This document shows, one piece after another, positions 1 through 15,396 of a stretch of DNA of 64,000 nt (position 1 is the stretch's first letter; the number at the start of each line of letters is the position of its first letter). The DNA comes from the human T2T-CHM13v2.0 reference genome, Homo sapiens. The DNA lies in NCBI RefSeq assembly GCF_009914755.1, contig NC_060939.1. One strand, written 5' to 3'. The position numbers and the translations under genes are program-made. The notes under the pieces were generated by a model, which worked only from the letters and a program-made list of their open reading frames with translations, was not told where the DNA came from and searched no databases.

Positions 1-671
1 CCTCGATTTTATGGAAAGGATTTTCAGAGGTTCTCAGTTCACCATTCCATTTATGTCTTAATATGGTTTTAAGAGTCATCAATGTTATTGGTTGGTAGCA
101 ATCTCAATATTCTGGCCCAATGAATGATCCTCCTTTATGTGGGAACCTTCCTGTATCCTGCAACTAAGCACCTAGTTATGCAGAAAAATTCCTCCTGTCT
201 GACCAATCATATTAATTGAATCCATGCAGACAGTGAATGAGGTGGTGGATGTCCTATCCAGGTAATTCCCAATTCATAACCTTAATAACACTGACAATGT
301 TGTATGACTCCTTAAAAAACTGGCACAAACAATACCATGTTCATATTGCTTCATCATAAAAGGTCATGGTACATGTTACTGAGACGGTATCTGAGCATGG
401 GATTACTTGGGAACTTTCCCGTTTTCTCCCAAATTCTAGATCATATGAGTTGATGAAGCAGTTTCATCATGCTGATCATTCAATACTCACTACAAGCCAC
501 CTGACTGCCATAAAAAGAGAAATAATATGGGTGTTACAGGTAGCTTTGTCCCTGTTCTTCAATCTTTGGTAATATGTACCCAGACCTTCTCTTCTGTAGG
601 AATTCTGTAATGAGAGCTTAAGTCCCTGGGGAAGCCGGTGAACAATCTAGTTTTGGAATATCCAACTTTTC

Positions 672-820
672 TTAGGATTCAAGTCAATGGATTATACACT
701 GGTGTCTGCCACTTGCAAGCCCCTTTGAACCCTAATGTCCTCATTTATAAAACATGGAGAATAAGACCCATCACACGGCTTGTGGTGAAGATTAAGTGGG
801 TAACATTTGTAAAAGATGTG
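672..820 (+). mobile_element. MIR SINE fragment
   Basis: Core-like 'tcctcatttataaaacatggagaataa...ggcttgtggtgaagattaag' resembles MIR consensus; boundaries approximate. Confidence 0.65.
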
Positions 821-917
821 AAAGCTATTCTAACATAAGGGCTTATAATGATGACCTAAAAATCCGTAAATCTGGGTGCCAAAACAATATTGCTGCCAGA
901 AGTCACCGACTTCTACC

Positions 918-1030
918 ATGCCTGGTGCATACCTCACAAGATTCTGATTTAATTGGCCTTGGATGTGTCCTGAGAATCTGAGATTTTTGAAAAGCTCCCC
1001 AGGTGATTCTATCATGTAGTTAGGGTAGCT
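918..1030. mobile_element. MER5A1-like hAT-Charlie MITE fragment
   Basis: 'agattctgatttaattgg...aaaagctccccaggtgattcta' matches recalled MER5A1. Confidence 0.7.
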
Positions 1031-1705
1031 TTATCCTGTTAAGAATAGTTAAAAGAGAAGAAAACTTCAAAATGATAGCTTTCAGATCTCTGTTTATCTC
1101 CATGGCTGCAATAGACAGCTTGGGTTTTGCTTCCAGAAGGCTTAAAAAAAGAAACAAAAATCAGTGAATGTGTGAAAATGGTTCTTGAAATAACTCTTAG
1201 AGATGCTTGAATCAACACAAGGGAGAACATAGATGAAAAGACCAGCATGATCCTTCCACTGTTCTGGATTTTCTCTGCTGAAAACTAAATCACCATCTAA
1301 CCTAGATAAAGCTTTTTTTTTTTTAATTCCTTTTCGGGGTTATATTTCCTGTAGCAATTTCTCTCACTGTTGTTAAATACATCAGCAATAACAAACGTGT
1401 GAACATGTTTCACTAATGCAAAAGAGGAGTATGTTTGTGGTGATTACTGAAGACAATATGTGTCCTACACATGGACGATGCAGCTACCTGTACCTCGCCT
1501 GTCCCCCAATGAATCTAAGATATTTCTTTATTCCCTTCTCCCTTTGACTCCCTCTGATTCATCTCTGCAGTGTCCTGACCTAACAGTGTAACCTCATAAC
1601 TGGTAAAGTGAATTTGAGACTAGACAATTCTTCCTCATTATTTTCTTTCTTTCTATTCAGAAAAAAAAATATGGAAGCCATGAAGTTTGGGTTCACACTA
1701 TTTAA

Positions 1706-1733
1706 GGATGGATGCATGGATGGATGGATGGAT
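1706..1733 (+). repeat. (GGAT)n microsatellite, interrupted
   Basis: ggatggatgcatggatggatggatggat. Confidence 0.9.
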
Positions 1734-2481
1734 GCCACCTAGGATAATCTCATTCTAAAAAATAAAAAACCAATATACTTTTTTTTTCTACACTTGTTGT
1801 CAGTAAATGGAGGAGAAAATAAGGGTCTTCTCCAACACTTGGATATAAGCTAGTAAAAGCCACACATACCAATTATAATTAGGTATCTGAGGGATCAAGT
1901 CTGAGGGATTGCCTGTGACCATATAATTGGAATTTGGGAAACACCACAACTCTAATCAGGTTAATTCTAGAACAATCTCAAGGAGGGAGGGCTTGAAAAT
2001 GATTGTATTTAATTTAAAGGTTCATAAATACCACATTTTTATTTTCAAGTCTATCTCTTAGAGAATTAAAATCATCTTCTTTGTCCCATTCAGTTCCCTT
2101 TCTTGAATTGTTTTTTGCCTGATAGTGTATTGTTGGCCTTATCCTTTATTTTGCTGTATTTTATTTTTGATTTATACTTGCTTGTAATAGCTTTCCCAAT
2201 TCATTTATTTGAAAATTTCTATACGTTTAAAAAATTATTTTAAAAGAAGTGAAAATTAGTAATTTCTTTTTTTTTAACTTTGTATCCAACCTCCCTATAT
2301 TCTCCCTCATCCTGCTCCCTGCTCCTTCCCACTCAAAAATACCTGGGAGTATGACTGGAGTTGCGTTAAATTGATAGATTTATCTTTTTAAAAGAACAAT
2401 AAGAATTGCTGAAGTCAGGCAGGTACCAGCCTTCACTGCTAAAGATGGGGCACAGTGGTTTTTAACACCTGATATTTACAC

Positions 2482-2930
2482 CGTTGCCTCAGGTTATGGG
2501 GATGACTGAACACCAACACCAGACAGATGAGGTTGACGGTGATTTACTAATCACCCATACTCGCAGCACAGGGGGCTGGGGGAAAGGGCCACAGGCCACA
2601 CAGGGCCACGTAGGTGTTCGGCTTAGGAAGAGGGTGAACAAGCAGGGGCTGCAGGAGGCAGGGGCTGCAGGAGGTAGGCTTTGTAGTATCAGGAGCCTGG
2701 TGCTGTCTGCTGCCCGACGGAGGATGTGATTTTTTTGTTGAAAATTCCGCAGGCTGTCAGGGAACCAAAACCTGCCTCTCAGGTATAAGTAGGAACTGTG
2801 CCTGGTCCTCCTGAAAAGGAGGGTTATTTGGCTAGGCGACCTTATCTATGGGAGCAAAATGGGGAGGAGAACTTGTGGTGAGGCCACTTAAGGCTCTCCC
2901 AGTTTTCCCCAGGTGTGAAGGCAGTACATA
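2482..2930 (-). mobile_element. ERVL-type solo LTR (MER54/MER73/MER74 group)
   Basis: Reverse strand reads 'tggcctcaccacaagttctcctcccc...gctcccatagataagg...tagccaaataaccctcc', typical of this group; contains a perfect 16-bp tandem duplication gcaggggctgcaggag at 2642-2673. Confidence 0.6.
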
Positions 2931-2964
2931 ATATTGGACCTTAATTTTGAGCTGTGTACACTGA

Positions 2965-3294
<330 letters not shown>

Positions 3295-4528
3295 GGTCAT
3301 TTGCATCTTTTTCACTAAATTCCCTAATGCTGCAGCTCCTTTGTCCTTGTTGCAGAAGCCTCTAGTGCACATGGAAGCTATGTGCTGCACCAGACACCAG
3401 GTGCAGGCTTTGCTCAAAGCTCCAGTGCTGGTTAATGCTCCCATGGAATTCTGAATGTGACTCCAAGCCGTTATACACTTAAAGGAGTACATCCTATGGA
3501 AATGAGACTGTAGTCTCGTTTGTCTTAGATACTCTCATTGTATGGGAAGAACATTTGACCCATCCCTCATTTTCCTTTCCCAGAAAAATGACTCAGGGAA
3601 GGCATGGGCAAGAATCTGATCTTTTTACCCTACCGTTTTCTACTCGGAAGTAAAAAGGAAGAGGACTGTATTTCTTCTTCTTGCCTGTTCTACGTTCTAG
3701 TGGGTATCGTTAAAATTATAAAATCAGACCAATAGGTTAATAAAATGTACAAATTTTAAATTTTAGAAAATTATATCTCATGACAAACGCAGGCTTTTAA
3801 AAACCTGCATATTGCTAAAGACTCAAAAATCCTATTCTGAATTCTATTTCATAAACTGCATATTTATTCCTCCTTCTTCTTTGTGCCACAATCCCAAACC
3901 ACCACAGGAGAAAAGGAGGAAGTCACATAAAAGGAAACACAACAGGGATAAGCATATTAACACATTTAAATATTGATATGTATAATATATTCTCATATGT
4001 ATGAGCAGAAAATCCAAAAGAATATAGACCAAATTGTTAACAGTGCTTGTATCTGTGGAAGAGAAACAGAAGGGGATGGAGGAACATTCATTTTTAACTG
4101 TATCTAGCATTATGTTATCTGGATATTTTAAGAACAGTGCTCGTTTCTTCTATGTAAATAATCATCTAAAATATAAACATTTAGCTTAAATTTTTATCAT
4201 GTTCTTTGATTTCTGTCTTGAATCCATCCTTGCTCCTTCCTTTGGTTGATGACTATAGTTTTATGGTTTCCTTTGATTTGCCTTTGGTTCACGGTATTTA
4301 TTTTTATTGATCCTGTTCAGAGATTATGTGCTTTGAATTCTGTAAGTGACTGAAGTGGAATCACATTATTTGGGTATTTAACTTAGGCAAATTCAACTAT
4401 GAGTCTGGAGAGAGAGAGTGAGAGAGAATGAATTCTTTTATTTTCTTACATGTCTTCCTAAGAACTTTTACTTAATCCCCAAAAGGCAAAGAAAGCTATC
4501 ACGTGAAACACACAAAACAATGAAATTA

Positions 4529-4867
<339 letters not shown>

Positions 4868-5513
4868 TTATGGTAACTTAAGGTGACTTACTATTTTTTT
4901 TCCAGGGCAAATTTAACTATACACTTTTCCTTTTTTAACCTTTTGCACTAATTTCAGATGCTCACCCCAGCATCTGAGACAATTTCTTGTAATCCTGAAG
5001 GCTTCAAAAGCCTTTTTAAAACCTGTTTCTCTCATTTTTCAAGCCAAGGCTGAGGTGTAATCTTTCCTACCTCATCTATGTGAGGCACACATTTAGAAAA
5101 CAAAGGAATGATGGGGCTAGGTTCAGAGGGCCCGGCAGAGGATGTATTGGACCTTTGCATATCTGCCTCTGTGTGTCTGGACAAAGATGCTCCTTTTTCA
5201 AGGGAAGATGATACACATGGTCTTCACTAAGGCTCCCCAGTATCCTCAGGGAAATAGTAATTGTGCTGGCCTGTGTGCCCCACAACATCTCTTATTTACT
5301 TCAGATCTAGCACGAAAATATTGTATTGTAGTTTACTACATAGATTCATGCCTCAGCCTTTTTGAGAGCAGAGAGTTAATATTTTATGTACTATCTTTAA
5401 ATTCAACTCTAAACAGTGCTTTGAATGTTAGGGGATTGGAAGAATATTTCTGAATAAGGGAGTTATATACTGAATAAATAAGTAAGTAAATTAATGACAG
5501 GAAGTGAATGACA

Positions 5514-5690
5514 CTCTTTTATCAAGTCTAAGGTGCAAATATTTTCACATTCTGAATTCTTGGAAATCAGGATGCATTTCAGAATCTATGACACATCATG
5601 GTTTATTTAGACATTTTTCTTATTTCTTAATGGCCTATAAAACAATGATACAACTTATAATTGAAGACATCTTAGATTTGGTAAAATACT
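5514..5690. mobile_element. MER104-like TcMar MITE
   Basis: 'tctaaggtgcaaatattttcacatt...gaaatcaggatgcat...catcttagatttggtaaaatac' with decayed terminal inverted repeats. Confidence 0.7.
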
Positions 5691-6649
5691 ACAGACTTTG
5701 GTGTGTGATAATCATTCTCAAATTAGTCCTTTTAGATAGATATCATGTTTAACATGGGCGTGTATCCCATTTTCGTCTCAAATAAGCAGCTAATTACAAG
5801 CATATTCACTCAAAGAAGAACTGATTTTCAATTTAGACCTGCCTTTCTGAAATTTGTAGACTTTCTCTTGTATGGGATTACAGCATTCTCTTTTCCAAAA
5901 TAATTTTTTTCTGTTTTTAAAATTAATACATTTTTATTGCTCAAAACAAGACAAAGAACAACAAAACAAAAAAGTCTAAAGGTGAAAACACAAGACTCAC
6001 CATTTTGTTTATCTTCTTCCAGATACCTGTGTATACATGTATTATGCTGCCTGATATTTAAAAAATAAGATTATATTGTGCATGCTATTGTGCTATACAG
6101 ATGTATATAGTGTATTGTTTTTATAATAAAAAATAGCAATGAATTATTATCCATCAGTAGAGTGATTACATCAATTATGATACAGTGGAAACTAAGGGGG
6201 CCATTAACAGTGATGACTTAGAGCAGCATTGAGCCCATTATAATGTTTCAGGCATTACATTAAGTGATTTATATGTATCACGTCTTTCAATTCTTAGAGC
6301 AATTTTATTTTATTTCCATTTTTTGGATGGGGACCTGGACCCTTTCTTCTGTATCAGTAATTCTCAGTGAGGGTGATTGGCAAAAAGTAACCTGGAATGT
6401 GAATTTTACTTGTTTATCCGAAGCAGAGCAGGGAGCAAGGAGGCCAGAGAAGTGCTACAAAGAAGAATCAGACTTCACAAGATGAGGGAGGTTGTTTTTC
6501 TCAAAACAAAGAGATGAAAATGTAAGCATAAGCAAGGTTACGACCGGCAAATAGAAATTAATTAAGTGAACGCTGAGTTCCTTTTATGTTGCAGTTAAAA
6601 ACAAACATCTCTCCTAACTTCTTCTTGGCTATCTGATTATTTGAGTTCA

Positions 6650-6820
6650 GAATTTGAAGGCAGACAAACCTGAGTTCAAACCCAAGCTTGGCTTGCTGTT
6701 CATCTCCTTGGGACCTTGGCAAAGTCACATCAATTTGTAATTTTGCATCTACCAATTGAAGATGTGTCTCCTGGGGGATACTAAAAGGGTGACATGATTT
6801 CTCGTGCAGTGTCCAGTTCA
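6650..6820 (+). mobile_element. MIR SINE fragment
   Basis: 'cagacaaacctgagttcaaaccca...gaccttggcaaagtcac'. Confidence 0.65.
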
Positions 6821-6884
6821 ATGCCCATCCCCTAATCGTTCCTGTAATACTGATTTTTAATTAAAAATTTTCCAAAGCATACAC

Positions 6885-7350
6885 ATATTCATAGCAGCAT
6901 TGTTCACAGGATCCAAAAGGTGGACGCAGCCCAACTGTTCAGAGATGACTAAAGAAATATAATATAGACATATGATAGAATATTACTCAGTCATGAAAAG
7001 GAAGGAAATTCTGACACAGGCTACAACATAAATACCTTGAGTACACTATGCTAAGTGCAATAAGCCAGCCACAGAAGACAAATACTTATGATTTCACTTA
7101 CGTGAGGTACCTAGAGTAGTCAAATTCATAGAGACAGAAAGTGGAATAGTGGTTGCTAGTTGCTTGGGAGAGGAAGGAATAGGGAGTTGTTTAATGGATG
7201 TGAAGTTTCAGTTTTGCGAGATGGAAAGAGTTCTGGAGATTGGTTCCACAACAATGTAAATGTATTTAACAGTATGAACTATACACTTAAAAATGGTTAA
7301 GATGGTCAATTTTTTGTTATGTGTATTTTACCACAATTAAAAGGAAAAAA
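6885..7350 (+). mobile_element. L1MB 3' end fragment
   Basis: 'gaggtacctagagtagtcaaattcatagagacagaaagt...atgtgtattttaccacaattaaaa'. Confidence 0.85.
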
Positions 7351-7989
7351 ATTACAAAACAGTTGAGACATTTTACATATATAAAAAAGCTATCTTATTA
7401 TGTGTATGTTAATGAGATAAACCATAGTAGGCACATCTCTTTTTTTTTTTTCGTCTTTTATGCATCACCAATTGATAAAGGTGTGATGTCTCGCACTACT
7501 ATTGTGGCTTTATCAATTTCTATTTATTTTCCTAGTACTTTATGTTATATAGTTCAATACCATTTTATTTTGTCGGTAGAGGTGTATAACTGTCTTCTCT
7601 TTGTTGTGTTTGTGTCTTTGACTCTGCCACCTGTCAAACGTTTTTGTGCTTGCCTGCTATATCTTTGCCTACTGTTTTCCTTTTAATTCTATGATTTTGC
7701 TTTAATATACCTTTTAAAATATATATAGGTCAAATTTATTTTCTTGCCTACACAGAGAGTTTTGTCATCTGATAGTTTTCATACTTACATGTGTGTTTTC
7801 AGAATTGACGTGTTTTGTCCTTTTTAATACTTACTGGTTTTGATGCTTAATTACTCTTGTCTCTGCCCTCTTGCTAATGGGTTAGGTTATTTTTTCTTTC
7901 AACACTTTAATGATTTTGAAAAATTGTATCTCCGTTTATTCTCCAAGTGGTTACTAAAATGTAGCCATTATTCCATTAGGGGTGGCAAA

Positions 7990-8365
7990 TTGCTGAAATT
8001 CTTTCTTTATTAGTTAAAATAATTCTATGAAGGAAATTCTCTTATCAAGTATTTGTTCTGAGGCAAAGTTTGTATAACAAAGGATGAATGCTTGTATCTT
8101 TCCTTGACTCACCCATTTTCATAATAATGAGTTAGTTCCCTAGCAGCCTCCAAAGATGAACAAGACCTTTTTAAGAGTCTCATGATCTACTGACTGGGTT
8201 AGCCTGGCCCAATACCTTTCTAAAGTGTTATTATGAACAGATGGATTTAAATCTATTTGGTGTGTTTCAGTCTATTGCACTTATTATTTATATTGTTGCT
8301 CAACTTTTCCCATCTTTGTCTGGTAGGAGGCACTTCAGATTGGCTTCTGAGTTTTTCTAATATGA
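7990..8365 (-). mobile_element. Old L1 (L1MC-like) 3' UTR fragment
   Basis: 'gagttagttccctagcagcctccaaag', 'gtttcagtctattgcac...cttcagattggcttctgag'. Confidence 0.55.
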
Positions 8366-8712
8366 TCTTGTTTTCTGGGATTGTTTGGAGAGTGGCAGAT
8401 AAGATGTTGAAGAGATAGGAAGGTGGGCAAGACCACTGTGTCATGGCTAATTGTTTCGATGTCATCCTGAGGGCAATGGGAAGCCACAGAAGAGATTTAA
8501 GCAAGGGCTGACTTGCAGCAGAACCAGAGTGGAATTGCAGGTGGATTTTGCAGAACTCCATCACCAAAATAGAGTCTAGGACACATTATCAGATCCCACA
8601 AACCTGTGCAGTTTGGACAAAGACAGAGTACATTTTTATTAACTTTCTAAGCATCTCCTAACAAAATGGAAACTTGAAAGGTGCACATGTTCTTTTACCA
8701 ACTGTTATCTAG

Positions 8713-9002
8713 GGCAGTGCCACTCAAAGTGGGGTCTGTGAGCCAGAGTGTCTCTGTGAACTACATGTCACCAATGTGCCCTGTGATAAATTTAGAAATG
8801 GAGAGTGTTAGAACTTTTTTAGAATCCGACACAATGAATAATTTTATGTCTATTTCAACTAAAATTTTTAAAGGGTTTGTTTCATACTTTTAAATTTCAT
8901 TTTTCTAATAATTTACTTTTGTTATGTTTTTTTCGAAATAATTGGTCAGTGATTAATGGGGGGGAAATTCTGCTTTCTTCTACAGACTTTGAGAAGCACC
9001 AG
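8713..9002. mobile_element. hAT-Charlie MITE (Charlie4-like)
   Basis: Terminal inverted repeats 'cagtgccactcaaagt' ... 'actttgagaagcacc'. Confidence 0.55.
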
Positions 9003-10264
9003 TGTGGAAGACATTCTAATATCTCCTGACTGTACCAAATTGGGAGCCTATAGTTAATTGTGTAGTTAATTGTATTCCAAAATACTCATTTGGAAGTCAT
9101 TTGGTAAGAAATTCACACATAAAAAAAGGTTATGCTAGCAAATAACAGATGAAATGTAAAAGCAATTATCTTTGCAATGTAGCATGCATTTATAGTCATT
9201 GTTAAGTAATTCTGTGTCTTAGATTACAAACTTGAAATTGCAGAAGAGCAAAATGCCACATATGTGATGCCCGGATCGTATCCATTCCACAAACACAATT
9301 CAACCTGCTTGTTTTTATACACACACATGGAAAATGTATTCCACTAGCATAAATTATGTATGCAGATGAAAACGTGTATTCACTCTTCTTAATAGCCCTT
9401 ATAAATCTGATACACCCCTGCCTGAAATGTTTCCAAGAAATGCATGTGGTAGAAAACATAATTAATCAGGGTCCATTTTTGTCAACCTCCAGGAGTCAGG
9501 GCAAAGCCAAGTCATTGATTTTGCTGCATTTGAAAGGCTGTTGTTTGGTATGTCAGCCTTGTTAGTATAGTTGAAAGTACCTATTAAGAGGCTAGAAGCT
9601 TGGCTAGCTCTAGAAAAAAATTAGAAGATTTAGTAGTGCTGGTATAGAGTTGTCAGACTGCCTATGATGAAAAAACTCACTTTGGGGAACCGCCATTTAA
9701 GTTTGTCCCAATTTCTCCTCTGAAAATACGTTCAACAACACACAGATGGTGAAGGCTCAGGAAGAGTGTGCCCATGACACATTCTGATTTCCTTATCCAC
9801 CAGAGAGAGAAAATGCACTGGAGAGATTTTACTCTCCAAAAAATTAAATTTCATATAATTATGTGAAGACTAAATATATTAATGGAATTAAGTATGGTAC
9901 TTTTTCCAAAGTTTACAGAATACTATAGTGTTCTTAGGAAAAACACAGCACATCACTCCTTCAGCAGGAGATGAAGTCTCTTATCCCCACAGAGAGCTCA
10001 GAAAGCATCTATTAGAAGGACACTGGATCTAATGGTCTAAGCCACATGCTCTCTCCTATTTAGAAAGACTACATGATAAATCAATGTACACATTCATTAT
10101 ATCATGATAAAAACTCAGTGAGGTGGCTTTATCATGCATAAGCCAAACCACCAATTGCATGATTCTTTTATTTTCCCTTTTCAATCCCCTATTATATGAT
10201 CATAGTACTGCCTGTTCCACATGCATTATCTCATTAAATTACACAATGACCTAGAGTTTCAAAC

Positions 10265-10610
10265 TGGATCCTTTCTGTAACAAATATCAGACACTCAATT
10301 GGCTTACAAAATAAGGATTTTATTGGTTTTCCTACTAGGAATCCCAAGGTCGAGTGGGTTTTAGGATTGGTATGAACAAACCTCCACTTACCTCTGTCTT
10401 AGCACTTCTTGTCTTTATCCAAAGGTTGAGTTTCCTCATTGTTTCAAGACAGCTATTAAAATGGATAAGGTGCCTTGACTTCTTTAAGCAGAGACAGAAG
10501 GATGACCCTCTCATCCCTTTCAAGAATGAGAAATTTTCTTAAAATATTTTTGGCCAGAATTGAATCACTCACTCCATTTTTGAACAAATAATTGGAAAAA
10601 GGGATGGAGT
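10265..10610 (-). mobile_element. Old MaLR LTR (MLT1J/K/L-like), degraded
   Basis: 'cagacactcaattggcttacaaaataaggattttattgg' and 'ttggccagaattgaatcac'. Confidence 0.5.
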
Positions 10611-11084
10611 TACTATAAAAATGCCTTTGACAAGCATAATTTTTAAATGCTTTTTGGGTTCAAAGATTACATTAAGTAAATACAATTTATGATAAGAAAC
10701 ACACAGACACATATTCACATACATACCAACCAAACAATACTTATGTTTGCTGTATTCTCTTTCCTTCCTTTTTATTCTATTATAACCAAATTAGTTTAGA
10801 TGAATTATGGTTATACACATTCTGGTTTATACACGTTCTGGTTTAATAACTCCCATTTTTAAATGCAGCTTTTCTTTGTAGACTAGATACTGAAAACAAC
10901 CAAAAGTCAGTAGGCTAAACATCTGGAAACAGATTGATATTTGAGAGTATTGAATAGTTGTAACTGAAGCCATAGGAGTGAATTATTCATCAAAAGTGCA
11001 TAAAGATAATAAGCTTTTAAAACTATAAAAGTATATTACATGCAACTATTAAATTTGAAAATATAATGAAAATATAAAAATTTT

Positions 11085-13363
11085 AAAAAGAATCAAAATC
11101 AATAACTTCCCAAAACAGAAAGCACCATGCCTAGATGGATTCACTGGTGAATTCTACCAAAAATTTAAGGAAAGAATGATACCAATTGTCTATAATCTCT
11201 TTCAGAGGATAGAAATAGAGGGAATACTGTCTAAGTCATTCTATGAGATAGGCATTATCCGAATGGCAAAACCAGACAAAGATATTACAAGAAAAACAAA
11301 AATCTATAGACCAATATGTCTCATGAACGTATTTGCAAAAATCCTTCATAAAATATCAATTTGAATTCAACAACATATAAGATGAGTTATACATCATGAC
11401 CAAGTGAGATTTATTGCAGGTATGCAGGCTGGTTCAACTTTCAAAAATTATTTAATGTAATCCATCATATCAACAGGCTAAAAATGAAAAATCACATAAT
11501 CATATTAACAGATGTGAAAAAAGCATTTGACAAAATCCAACACCAATTCATGATTTAAAAAAACACCTTTTGATAAACTAGAAAGAGGGAAATCTCCTGA
11601 ACTTGAAAAAGAATTTCTACAAAAACTGCAACCCACTAATGATAAGAAACTCAAAGCTTTCCTGCTAAGATCAAGAAATATGCAAAGATGTCTCCTCTCA
11701 CCTTTGCTTTCAACATTGTACTGGAAGTACCAGCTAATGCAATAAGACAAGGAAATGAAATAAAAGACCTATAAATTGGGAAAGAAAAGAAAAAGACAAC
11801 TGGCAGAAAAGCAGAAAATTGTCTTTTCTGCAGAAAATTGTCTTTTCCACATAGATGATCATGTCATCTATGTGGAAAATCCAAAAGAATTGTCCAAAAA
11901 AACCTCTTAAAACTAGTAAGTGATTATAGCAAGCTTGAAGGATGCAAGGTTTATATACAAAAGCCAATCACTTTGCTATATCCCAGCAATAAGCAAATGG
12001 AATTTAAAATTTAAAAAATAATTCCATTTATTTTAGCACTTCCGAAAATGAAATAGCTAGGCATAAATCTTAAAAAATATACCATATCTATATGATAAAA
12101 CTACAAAACTCTGATGAACAAAGTCAAAGAACTAAATAATAGAGAGATATTTTATGCTCAAAGATAATGGATAGGAAAATTCAGTATTATGAAGTTATCA
12201 ATTCTTTCCAACTTGATCTATAGATCCAATACACTCCCCATGAAAATCCCAGAAAGTTATTGTGTGGATATTGAAAAACTAATTAGAAAGTTTATATAAA
12301 AATGCGAAAGACCCACAATAGCCAACAAAATATTGAAGGAGAACAAAGCTGAACAACCAAGACCACACCACTTCAAACTTACTATAAAGCTGCAGTAATC
12401 AAGGCATTGTGGTATTGATATAGAATGGACAAATAAATCAATATAACAGAAAAGAGAGCTCAGAATTAGACCTAGATAAATGTAGTCAACTAATCTTTGA
12501 CAAAGGAGCAAAGGCAATACAATAAACAATAGATAGACTTTGAACAAATGGCACTGGAGCAACTGGACATTCACATACAAAAACATGAATCTTAAGACAT
12601 AGACCTTACACTCTTCATAAAAGTAAACCCAATATAAATTATAGACCTAAATGTAAAATGTAAAAATATAAAACTTCTAGAATATAACACAGGAGAAAAC
12701 CTAGGTTAACATGAATATGGTGATGACTTTTTAGATACAACACCAAAGGCATGACCTATGAGGGAAATCACTGATATGCTGGACTTCATGAAAATTACAA
12801 ACTTCTGCTCTGTGAAACAGAATGAGAACAAGCCATAGAGTTGAAGAAAATATTTGCAAAGACACATTTTATAAAGGATTGTTATCCAAAATATGTAAAG
12901 AGCTCTTAAGACTCAACAATAAGAAAATGAACAACCTGATTTTAAAAATGAGCAAAAGACTTAAATACCTCACCAACAAAGATGGCAAATAAGCATATGA
13001 AAACATGATCAAATCATATATCATAGGGGAAATGCAAATTAGAATAATAATGAGATACCAAGGCACATCTTTTACAATGGCAAAAATCCAGAACACTGGC
13101 AACACCAAATGCTGATGATGTGGAGAAACAGGAACTCTCATTCATTGCTGGTAGAAATGTAAAATGGTACAACCACTTTGGAAAACAGTTTGGCGATTTC
13201 TTGCAAAACTAAACATACTTTTACTACATAATCCAGTAAATGCACTTCTTGGTATTTACCCAAAGGAGTTAAAAACTTATGTCCACACATAAACCTGCAC
13301 ACAATATTTACAGCAGCTTTATTCATAACTGCCAAAATTTGCAAGCAATCAAGATATTCTTCA
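11085..13363 (+). mobile_element. L1MC (L1MC1/2-like) ORF2 region to start of 3' UTR, left part
   Basis: Continuous decayed L1 ORF2 ('ccatgcctagatggattcactggtgaattctaccaa'; peptide IPIVYNLFQRIEIEGIL) ending at 'caagatattcttca'. Confidence 0.88.
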
Positions 13364-13737
13364 CTTGCATTTCACTAATTATCAGGGAAATGCAAATTAA
13401 AACCACAATGAGATACCACCTTGCTCTTGCAAGAAGGGCCATAATTTAAAAATTAAAAAAGTAGACATTGGTGTAGACGTGGCGAAAAGGGAACACTTTT
13501 ACATTGCTGGTGGGAATGAAAACCAGTACAATCACTACAGAAAACAGTATGGAGATTCCTTAATGAAAAGTAGAACTATGATTTGACCCAGCAATCTCAC
13601 TACTGGAAAGGATGGCAGGGTTTGAGGGATGAAAGACTATACATTGGATACAGTGTTCACCACTAAACAACTTATCCATGTAACCAAAAACCACCTGTTC
13701 CCCAAAACAACTGAAATTAAAAAAAAAAAAGAAAAAG
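13364..13737 (+). mobile_element. L1PB1-like 3' fragment with internal deletions and A tail
   Basis: 3' end 'cttatccatgtaaccaaaaaccacctgttccccaaaa...aaaaaaaaaaaa'; deletion junction near 13606. Confidence 0.8.
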
Positions 13738-13819
13738 GAAGTCTAATTTTTCATTGACTGTCATTATTTTCCTTTTGGTCATGGGATATAGGAAACAGTG
13801 GGTTTATGGGAAGCAAGTA

Positions 13820-14459
<640 letters not shown>

Positions 14460-14900
14460 TATATACTGTATTATTCCAACAATATGACATTCTGGAAAAG
14501 ATAAAACCATGAAGACAATTAAAAAAAATCAGTGGTTACCAGGAGTTGGGGAGGTGAAAGGGAGAGACAAATAGAATGGAGCACATAAGATTTTCAAGGC
14601 AGTGAAAATACTGTGTATGATGCTATAATGATGAATTTATTTTTCCAATATGTATTTGTCCAAACCCATAGAATGTACAACACTAAGATTTAACCTCAAC
14701 ATAGTCTACAAATTTGGGGTGATTATGATGTGTCAATGTAAGTTCATCAGTTATAACAAAGGAACCATTCTGGTGGAGGATTTTGATGATGGGGAAGTCT
14801 ATGCATGTGTGGGGTCAGGAGATATAAGAGAAATCTCTGTGTCTTCCTCTCAATTTTTCTGTGAGCCTGAAACTGATTCAAAACAATTAAGTCTTAAAAA
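14460..14900 (+). mobile_element. L1MC 3' UTR, right part (continuation of 11085-13363)
   Basis: 'atactgtattattccaacaatatgacattctggaaaag...gtccaaacccatagaatgtacaacac...aattaagtcttaaaaa'. Confidence 0.85.
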
Positions 14901-14911
14901 GAAGAATGCAT

Positions 14912-15259
<348 letters not shown>

Positions 15260-15396
15260 TTAAACAAGCAATAGAAAGGATTGTAAATCTAATTATTTTA
15301 TCTTCTGTTACCATTAAAAAGTATATCAGATCTAAATAGATTTATGGTTATTATATTTAAATTTTAAAGAAACAACTCCAATATTATTTAAACCGT

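Noticed and set aside
485-525. Minus-strand 14-nt microexon (tttctctttttatggcag|...ta|gtgagt)
   Set aside because: Not frame-preserving, weak exonic donor context, and such pairs arise by chance in 64 kb
10811-10842. 16-bp tandem duplication ttatacac(a/g)ttctggt
   Set aside because: Ordinary slippage duplication with no functional indication
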